From contig JAWBXT010000002.1 in the NCBI GenBank assembly GCA_038867695.1, forward strand, positions 1 through 60,666: a stretch of 60,666 nucleotides of DNA, given 5' to 3'. Below the pieces are notes generated by a model that did not search any database, was not told the DNA's origin, and saw nothing but the letters and a program-made list of their open reading frames with translations. How positions within the stretch are numbered: position 1 is the stretch's first letter; every line of letters begins with the position of its first letter. A program made the position numbers and the translations under genes. Origin of the DNA: Thermoproteota archaeon (GTDB lineage Archaea; Thermoproteota; EX4484-205; JAAOZP01). Below are positions 54,124 through 60,666 of this stretch, in pieces.

Positions 54124-55068
54124 ATGAATATGCCTTCAAGGATCATAATAGTCATCGCGATCATTCTTGCACTAATAAGTGCTTTTTCTGCCTATCAATA
54201 TTATAATCGTACTGCTGAAGATGCGTTAAGATCAAAGAGAATATCTTTATTGATTAGTCTCAACTTGACTGACTATAAGACTGTTGTATCATTTGACAAC
54301 AAATACAATTATCTGGCTATTGATAACGAGTATAATCGTACTGTTCTCGAGTTCTTTAAGTACTGGTGTTTGAACCAAAGCCTTGCTGAAGAATACTTAA
54401 ATACTTTTAAAAATATAGAAGAAGCAAACGATTACCTTTCAGAATATTACGCGAAGCCTAAAAGATTATCTTTTCTCATTAAACATGCCAATGCAACAGA
54501 ACTTGAAGCAATGCTGTTTGACAAAGAATACAATTATCTGGCTACGGGCAATGAGTATAATCGTACTGTTCTCGAGTTCTTTAAATATTGGCGTGCAAAC
54601 AGTAGCTTAGCATCGCTCTGTTTAAATATTCTCCAAGATGTTAAGGAGACCAATAATTATCTTTCTGGATTAGAAAGAGCCGTCATAAATCTATTTTCAG
54701 GAGAAGATTTGTCGCTAATACTTTCAGTATGTACGGACAAGGATGAATATTTATTGACTGGAGATGAAAAAGTAAGGTTAACAATCATCCTACTCAGTAA
54801 CAGGGACTTGGGGGATGTTGCCATCGACATATTTGGCTTTAAGAGTCGCTATAGAGGGTATGTTGTGAACAATAAGTGGATTGATCCTACAGGTATTTTG
54901 AAGATTCCTGTCCGGAGAGGTTTAAACTCAAAAACTTTCAATATAGAAGTTCCATGCTCGCCTTGCTATGTAATTCAAAGCGGTTTAAACAATTTAACAT
55001 GTGTAATTAAATATAACAGTTTGAGACTAAGCGTTACGAAGACATTCCTATTGAAATCAGGGTCTTAG
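54124..55068 (+). CDS. Membrane-anchored extracellular protein with an internal 75-aa duplication
   Basis: N-terminal TM helix. Repeated segment (F)D(N/K)(K/E)YNYLA..NEYNRTVLEFFKYW...; many N-x-S/T sequons. Confidence 0.55.
   Translation: MNMPSRIIIVIAIILALISAFSAYQYYNRTAEDALRSKRISLLISLNLTDYKTVVSFDNKYNYLAIDNEYNRTVLEFFKYWCLNQSLAEEYLNTFKNIEEANDYLSEYYAKPKRLSFLIKHANATELEAMLFDKEYNYLATGNEYNRTVLEFFKYWRANSSLASLCLNILQDVKETNNYLSGLERAVINLFSGEDLSLILSVCTDKDEYLLTGDEKVRLTIILLSNRDLGDVAIDIFGFKSRYRGYVVNNKWIDPTGILKIPVRRGLNSKTFNIEVPCSPCYVIQSGLNNLTCVIKYNSLRLSVTKTFLLKSGS
54292..54591 (+). repeat. Direct repeat with 225-bp period; cores 54292-54366 and 54517-54591 are nearly identical at DNA level
   Basis: Copy 1: tttgacaacaaatacaattatctggctattgataacgagtataatcgtactgttctcgagttctttaagtactgg. 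Copy 2: tttgacaaagaatacaattatctggctacgggcaatgagtataatcgtactgttctcgagttctttaaatattgg. Confidence 0.9.
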
Positions 55069-55070
55069 AA

Positions 55071-56183
55071 TTGATGCAAAGATATTCTAGAAATTTTCTG
55101 TGGCTTATTTTTCTGACGAGTTTCTTTAACCTTCTTTTAGTAATTGTCCACGCTCTGCCTCAGAATCTAACTGTCTACTACTTTATTGCAGAAGGCTGTG
55201 AACACTGTATAAGAGCCGAGAATTATATTAACATGATTAAGGCACAATACCCTAATGTAGCTTTCCAGAGGTTTGATATATTCAATAACGATACTAATAT
55301 AGAATTGTTCATCGCTATTGCTGAAGGTTTTAATATAACTGAAGAAGTTCGCGATGTCCCTGCAGTTTTCATAGGGGATTCCTATCTGATCGGAGAGGAG
55401 AATATTATCCGGAACTTGGAAAACCTGATACTTGAGTATAGCTGTAGTAGTTATTACGATAAGGCTGGTGAAATAATAAGAGATTTCATAGAGAAAAATC
55501 GTGCTAAAGCATCTCTACCTTCTGTGGTTAACGTAGTCATCGCTGCCTCTATAGATTCTTTAAACCCATGTGCATTCGCTACAATAATACTACTCTTAAC
55601 ATACTCTATTTCAAAAGGATCTTCTAGGAGGATGTTAATAGATTGTGGAGCATTTATAATTGGTGTTTTAATCTCATACTTGAGTGTTGGCATCGGTCTA
55701 CTCTACTTGCTCAACATTGCTCCATTCAGAGTATTTCTACGCTACCTAGTTGGCCTGATGGCAATCTTTTTCGCAACTTTAGAGTTTAAAGAATTTCTGT
55801 TCTATGGTAAGGGTATAAGCCTTGAACAGCCTGGTGTATTAAGCAAGATTTTAAACAGGTATTCTGCTGGTATGACTGTTGGGGCAAGCCTTCTGGTGGG
55901 CATAGCTGTCTCAATGGTTGAGCTACCCTGTACGGGTGGAATTTACATAACCATACTCTATCTGCTTGCGAAAATAGGTTTAACGCTTGAAGTCTTCCTC
56001 CTACTCCTCTTGTACAACTTGATATTCATCCTTCCTCTTATCACTATTCTTCTTCTTGTCTACTTTGGTAGGAGTGTGTTAGAGATCGATGCTTGGAGGA
56101 TTGAGAAAAGAAGGTATATGCGGCTAATAGCAGGGATGCTCTTAATTATAGTGGGTGTAGCGATAATTGCTGGTTTAATTTAA
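55071..56183 (+). CDS. Thioredoxin-like domain fused to a DsbD/CcdA-type thiol:disulfide transporter
   Basis: N-terminal signal/TM, CEHC redox motif, then a polytopic domain with LNPCAF and LPCTGG. Confidence 0.7.
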   Translation: MMQRYSRNFLWLIFLTSFFNLLLVIVHALPQNLTVYYFIAEGCEHCIRAENYINMIKAQYPNVAFQRFDIFNNDTNIELFIAIAEGFNITEEVRDVPAVFIGDSYLIGEENIIRNLENLILEYSCSSYYDKAGEIIRDFIEKNRAKASLPSVVNVVIAASIDSLNPCAFATIILLLTYSISKGSSRRMLIDCGAFIIGVLISYLSVGIGLLYLLNIAPFRVFLRYLVGLMAIFFATLEFKEFLFYGKGISLEQPGVLSKILNRYSAGMTVGASLLVGIAVSMVELPCTGGIYITILYLLAKIGLTLEVFLLLLLYNLIFILPLITILLLVYFGRSVLEIDAWRIEKRRYMRLIAGMLLIIVGVAIIAGLI

Positions 56184-56185
56184 TA

Positions 56186-57511
56186 CTAGCCAAATGCCCT
56201 TGTTATCCTAACTTTTCTTATGATTGCAGTCGGCACATAGGTTGGTACTTCAACCTCCCACCACTTGATTGGGTAAAGCTTGTCTGAAAGAAACTCTATG
56301 TTGGAAATGATCCTTTGAAGGTTGTCGCTTATTCTGCATCCCTTAACGGGATACTTTATCTCACCGTTCTCGACATAAAAAGCACCGTCTCTAACTATTG
56401 TCGAGAAGTCTCCAGTTCTAAAATTCTGATACCTCTGATACCAACTGTTTGTTAAATATAATCCATTCCCAAGTTTCTGCAGCATATCTTCTTCCCTTAT
56501 GATGCCGGGCTTAATCACGATGTTCCAAGGATGTGGGTATATTATTCCAGCATTTCCCGTGGACGATGTTCCAGCAACCTTAGCCGTCCTACTATTGTGT
56601 AAATAGTTTTTCAAAACACCGTTCTCAATTATTACCGTTTTCCGAGTAGGCATACCTTCGTCATCAAAAACCTTCTCGCCGAGCCCTTGGGGCATAGTAG
56701 GATCATCAATAATAGTGAGTTCATCGACACCGACTTTCTCGCCGAGCTTACCGCTAAGAAAACTCATTTCTATCTGCACTAAAAAGCCGGAGGCAAAACC
56801 TGCAACCTCACTCATTATGTTTGCAAATATTAATGGCCCCATGTAAACATCATAAGCCCCCTCTTCTACAAATTTTGGGTTTAAACTCATTCTAGCTATT
56901 TCGCCAGCCCTCTTGCCAGCATCGTAAGGATTGAAATCTCTTAGAGTTGTAGAGCATGAGACCCATTGCCCCGTCGCCTCCGGACTCGCAAATGCCCGGT
57001 GGTTCAGACTTATAGTCGAGGAATCTTCTTTTAAGTCTAAACCTGTTGAAGAAGCAAGCCTCTCCTCCTGGTGATCGGCATAAATTATTCCCGCGCTTCT
57101 CTCTGCTCCGGCTTCCTTACTTGCCCTAACAGCCTCGGAGACATAGGAGATCAATTGTTCATCTATTCTCCTTATTCTCTCCTCCACTCTTTTATCAGTC
57201 CTGTAATTGAAAGGTCCTTTCGGTATCGGAGCATAGTATGGAGATGGCGGGGAGTTTTTAGTCATGGTTATAACATCGTCGACAATCTTCTCAATGAAGT
57301 CTTCGGAAACGTTTTCAAAGCTTCCCAGGAAGCTTCTTTCCCTAATGCTGCTGTATATTGTTACGGTATTTATCACCCCGGAGAGGGCTATGGTAGGTTC
57401 ATTGTTAGCATACCTTACAGAGCTCCTCTCATGGGTTCTCAGTATTACTATTGCTTCTTCAGCTCCTTTTTCCATTAGCATTTTCAAAACCTTCTCATGA
57501 AGCTCAACCAT
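56186..57511 (-). CDS. pmbA: PmbA/TldE-family metalloprotease subunit
   Basis: PmbA_TldD fold (GTSSTGNAG...; SDNLQRI...). Adjacent to tldD. Confidence 0.8.
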   Translation of the reverse strand: MVELHEKVLKMLMEKGAEEAIVILRTHERSSVRYANNEPTIALSGVINTVTIYSSIRERSFLGSFENVSEDFIEKIVDDVITMTKNSPPSPYYAPIPKGPFNYRTDKRVEERIRRIDEQLISYVSEAVRASKEAGAERSAGIIYADHQEERLASSTGLDLKEDSSTISLNHRAFASPEATGQWVSCSTTLRDFNPYDAGKRAGEIARMSLNPKFVEEGAYDVYMGPLIFANIMSEVAGFASGFLVQIEMSFLSGKLGEKVGVDELTIIDDPTMPQGLGEKVFDDEGMPTRKTVIIENGVLKNYLHNSRTAKVAGTSSTGNAGIIYPHPWNIVIKPGIIREEDMLQKLGNGLYLTNSWYQRYQNFRTGDFSTIVRDGAFYVENGEIKYPVKGCRISDNLQRIISNIEFLSDKLYPIKWWEVEVPTYVPTAIIRKVRITRAFG

Positions 57512-57512
57512 G

Positions 57513-58946
57513 CTATCCTACACCTCCTACCCTGATGCCCCTTATTCTTACACTAGGCCCCCCAGTGTATACTGGTACTCCTTGCATAGGATCTCCCTTA
57601 CCGCACGTTGCTGCCGTAAAACCCAAATCCCTGCCTACGGCATCGATGCTTGAGAAAAGCTTCTCGGTAGTTATTTCTATAACTGGATTTTTGACGGGGA
57701 CCGTCACCTTACCATCTTCTATTAGGTATGCTTCCAGACCAACATACCGCTGGTTCCATCTCTTATCGTCAATATTCCACTCCATAAAGCTCTTGATATA
57801 GACTCCCTTTGAAACATCGCTCAAAAGTTCCTCTAAAGTGTAATCGCCAGGGAGCATGAATGTATTCGACATCCTTACTATTGGCTCCACATTGTATCCT
57901 GATGCTCTAGCCGACCCATTGCTTTTTACGCCCAGCTTTGCAGCAGTCTCCCTATTCATTAAGAATTCGAATATTCTCCCCTCTTTTATCAAGTATTTTC
58001 TCCTAGCCTTAACTCCCTCGTCATCGAAAAGATAAAAACCGAAGGAGCCAGGTATGGTTGGGTCGTCAACCAAATTGACAACTTCACTTCCCACCTTCCT
58101 GCCGATGTCGATAGGCATCAGATAGGACTCGCCTGCCTGAGCCCCCTCTCTACCGAGTATCCTATCAGCTTCCCCAGGGTGTCCAGAAGCCTCATGCGAT
58201 ATTATCCCCGTTACCTCGCTACCAATAACCACGTCCATAATTCCCTCAGGAGGCTTTATTGAATCCACAAGCATCTTATGGAGCATCTTTACCTCCTCCT
58301 TCAGCTTCTCCTCAAGCTTCCAGGATTCTACAGCCTCCAAGCCCCCCGAGCCTCCGAATTGGAGAGCCCTCTGTATAACTCCCTTAGAAGGGTCTGCTAC
58401 TGTTATTAATGCAAGGAAAGAGGGGCGTGATATTCTTGCTAATATGAAAGCTCCTTCAGTATTAACATATACTCGCTCGCTCCTCTCTTCCGAATAGGCT
58501 AAATATCTGGATGAGACGTTTACATTTTGGCTTAAAACCTCACCATCTAACTTCTTGAGGAAATCAACTTTATCGTTCAAACTCCAATTTTCAAGATTCT
58601 TCTTTTCAAAAACACTCCACTCGATAGAATAAACATCCTCTTCTGAAAACCTAATATCGGCGGTTCTATGTAATGAGGATGCTCTAGCCATTTTAACGGC
58701 TTTATCCACTACGCTTGTAATCGTTTCAGGCTTGAGGAGATTGGTCGAAGCAAAACCCAGCCCCCCGTTAACGATAACCCTAATGCCTACTCCCCTTTCA
58801 TAATTTGCTTCAACCGCTTCCAGATCTCCGTTTTTTAGAGTAATTCCTTTCTCAAAATCATTATGGAATCTGACTTCAGCATATGAAGCTCCTGACGCAA
58901 TAGCATAATCAAGAATCTTTTTCAATAGTTCAATCAAGTTTGTCAT
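57513..58946 (-). CDS. tldD: TldD-family metalloprotease
   Basis: HEASGHPGEAD zinc motif; GSARASGYN; CGKGDP near the C-terminus. Confidence 0.9.
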   Translation of the reverse strand: MTNLIELLKKILDYAIASGASYAEVRFHNDFEKGITLKNGDLEAVEANYERGVGIRVIVNGGLGFASTNLLKPETITSVVDKAVKMARASSLHRTADIRFSEEDVYSIEWSVFEKKNLENWSLNDKVDFLKKLDGEVLSQNVNVSSRYLAYSEERSERVYVNTEGAFILARISRPSFLALITVADPSKGVIQRALQFGGSGGLEAVESWKLEEKLKEEVKMLHKMLVDSIKPPEGIMDVVIGSEVTGIISHEASGHPGEADRILGREGAQAGESYLMPIDIGRKVGSEVVNLVDDPTIPGSFGFYLFDDEGVKARRKYLIKEGRIFEFLMNRETAAKLGVKSNGSARASGYNVEPIVRMSNTFMLPGDYTLEELLSDVSKGVYIKSFMEWNIDDKRWNQRYVGLEAYLIEDGKVTVPVKNPVIEITTEKLFSSIDAVGRDLGFTAATCGKGDPMQGVPVYTGGPSVRIRGIRVGGVG

Positions 58947-59015
58947 GCTTTTTGGAATCCTAATCTTTTTTATAAATCTCTCGTACCTTCCTTAGGAAAC
59001 TATTTAAGCTTCTTA

Positions 59016-59438
59016 TTGCTTATTTTTGCGATTTTGTCGGAGGAACTAAAGAGGGTGCTTTCGGAAATCCAGAATTCCCTATGCTCACTAACGTTTTCGA
59101 TGAGAAAGTATATCGACAATGGTTTAGAGGGTAATATTGATGGTATTGACGATTTAGGGCAGAGCTTTATTTCGCTTGCAGACCGTTTCAGGAGTCAGCT
59201 TAAAGAATTGAAACACACAGTCTTATCACTAACTCTTATGGAGGCTGGTGTAAGTATAAGAGGAAGAGTGAAGAAAATGAGGAGGAAAGGGGTATCAACA
59301 GATGACATCGTGTTTTTTGAGGAAGTCTATTCTCTGGTGAAACTTATTGAAGACAGTATCGCTTCCGGAGAATATTATGAAGAGCTTGTAAAAATATACC
59401 GGAATAAGCTTACCGAAGATCTCCACACTCGCATATAG
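59016..59438 (+). CDS. Hypothetical helical protein (140 aa)
   Basis: ORF only. TTG start, and it converges with and overlaps the next gene by 29 nt. Confidence 0.35.
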   Translation: MLIFAILSEELKRVLSEIQNSLCSLTFSMRKYIDNGLEGNIDGIDDLGQSFISLADRFRSQLKELKHTVLSLTLMEAGVSIRGRVKKMRRKGVSTDDIVFFEEVYSLVKLIEDSIASGEYYEELVKIYRNKLTEDLHTRI

Positions 59439-60165
59439 CATCATGTAAAATGGACTCTAATGATTCAAATCCTGTTCCAACAATGGCTGAAACAAAAACA
59501 GTTCTTTGCCTTCTAAGCATGGGATGGATAATCTTAGAATACTCTAACATATATTCCTGTAAAAGCCCGTCTTCTTCTTCAACGATCCTGTTTTCTAAAT
59601 AATCCAAATTCTGCATTAAGAGTTCCAGGTCAACCCTTCCCAATGCGTCAGCCTTAGTGACTACGTGGACGAGTGGAACGTTTAATCTCAACCTACATGC
59701 TGTTGCCAGTGAGAACATTGCTATGAGATCGCTTGGACAACGTATTAGTTGACCGTCTATCAAAAACACTATTATCGTTCTACCTATTCTAGAAAGACTC
59801 TTAACAATCTCCGGTCCCGTATTTCTGAATACGAACAACTCGCTCTGGCCGGGAGTATCTATAAGCCTGTAATCTGCTTGGAAAGATTCTATCTTAGAGG
59901 TTAATTCACAGCTTTTTTCAGCTAATATGTCCATAGCCCTTATCATGGCCCCGTTTGGCCCCAGCCTTTCCCTCCTCATTATTTCCTCGACGGTAAAGAA
60001 TTCTCTAATATCAAATGATGGGGAGTATGGTACTTCTTCAACTCCGGGATCAAGGTTTACAAAGGAGATTTTCTGTCCACTTGAGCTAAGCCATTCCCCA
60101 TACTTACCGACTAAAGTCGTCTTTCCTGAACCAGCTGGACCTATGAAAACTATTTGCATCACCAT
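59410..60165 (-). CDS. GPN-loop GTPase (second paralog)
   Basis: GPAGSGKTT, RLGPNGAMI, DTPGQSE, TKAD. Confidence 0.85.
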   Translation of the reverse strand: MVMQIVFIGPAGSGKTTLVGKYGEWLSSSGQKISFVNLDPGVEEVPYSPSFDIREFFTVEEIMRRERLGPNGAMIRAMDILAEKSCELTSKIESFQADYRLIDTPGQSELFVFRNTGPEIVKSLSRIGRTIIVFLIDGQLIRCPSDLIAMFSLATACRLRLNVPLVHVVTKADALGRVDLELLMQNLDYLENRIVEEEDGLLQEYMLEYSKIIHPMLRRQRTVFVSAIVGTGFESLESILHDAICECGDLR

Positions 60166-60211
60166 TTTTTTACTGAGTCTTAAATCGAGGTTACTTAAAT
60201 ATTATATGGGT

Positions 60212-60666
60212 TTAAGCCTCTCCCTTAACCTCTTTCAATAGCCTTGATAAGAAGACCTCCATGAATTCATGCCTCTCTTTTGCAATTCCTTTCGCCGTTT
60301 CAGTATTCAATAAATCCCTTATTTTAAGAAGCTTGTCGTAAAAATGTTTAAGGGTTGAAGCAACGTTCTCTTCTTCAGAGTAAATGGGGATTTTCCTATT
60401 GCCTCCGTGAGAGAAAGTTCTCGCTATACCTATTGCACCGATTGCATCCAGACGGTCAGCATCCTGAAGTATTTTCGCCTCTAGAGTAGTTGCTTTGATT
60501 CCATTTCTGAATCTATGCTGTCTGATCGCTTCTTGGACTCTGATTATCTTATCTCTTGGGAATCCTATTTCATAGAGGATTTCGCCTGCTATCTCAGCAC
60601 TCTTCTCAGAGTGGTCCATGCCTTTCTCAAGCTCATATGAAACACCAATATCGTGAAGCAGAGCTG
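60212..60666 (-). CDS. HD-domain phosphohydrolase; the 5' end lies outside the window
   Basis: The frame stays open to the window edge (…ALLHDIGVSYELEKGMDHSEKS…). The HD motif sits at the edge and DADRLDAIGAIG lies downstream. Confidence 0.7.
   Translation of the reverse strand, partial: ALLHDIGVSYELEKGMDHSEKSAEIAGEILYEIGFPRDKIIRVQEAIRQHRFRNGIKATTLEAKILQDADRLDAIGAIGIARTFSHGGNRKIPIYSEEENVASTLKHFYDKLLKIRDLLNTETAKGIAKERHEFMEVFLSRLLKEVKGEA

Overview
This 60.7-kb window looks like an archaeal chromosome of TACK/Thermoproteota type. Supporting traits are CdvA, a gins-mcm operon, RpoP, a multi-intron tRNA, and TATA boxes about 25-30 nt upstream of mostly leaderless ORFs. It is densely packed with housekeeping genes. 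Translation and RNA processing genes include gatD, trm11-like, rnz, thpR, cca, trm1, rlmE, rps8e, srp19 and gar1. A replication island contains gins-mcm-hel308 diverging from rfcS-rfcL, plus an Orc1/Cdc6 paralog. Chromosome organisation is represented by smc-scpA-scpB. Metabolic genes include prs, purA, hisD, uppS, nadE, a cofE cluster and tldD/pmbA. All calls come from reading the ORF translations and the DNA by eye; no searches were run. The main unusual observations are: (1) purA is interrupted inside its GDEGKGK P-loop by exactly 20 nt that fold into a bulge-helix-bulge motif, making it a candidate mRNA intron. (2) A second, compact SMC5/6-like ATPase + kleisin-like + tandem winged-helix operon sits beside the canonical SMC-ScpAB. 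(3) A 161-aa mini-intein is inserted in the SMC Walker A loop. (4) One tRNA carries two BHB-type introns at apparently non-canonical positions. (5) ORB-like inverted repeats, or a structured RNA, lie next to the orc1/cdc6-like gene. (6) A tiny H1-tail-like Lys/Ala-rich protein is encoded by 9-bp tandem repeats. (7) The ATG of a Trm11-like gene is 1 nt out of frame.
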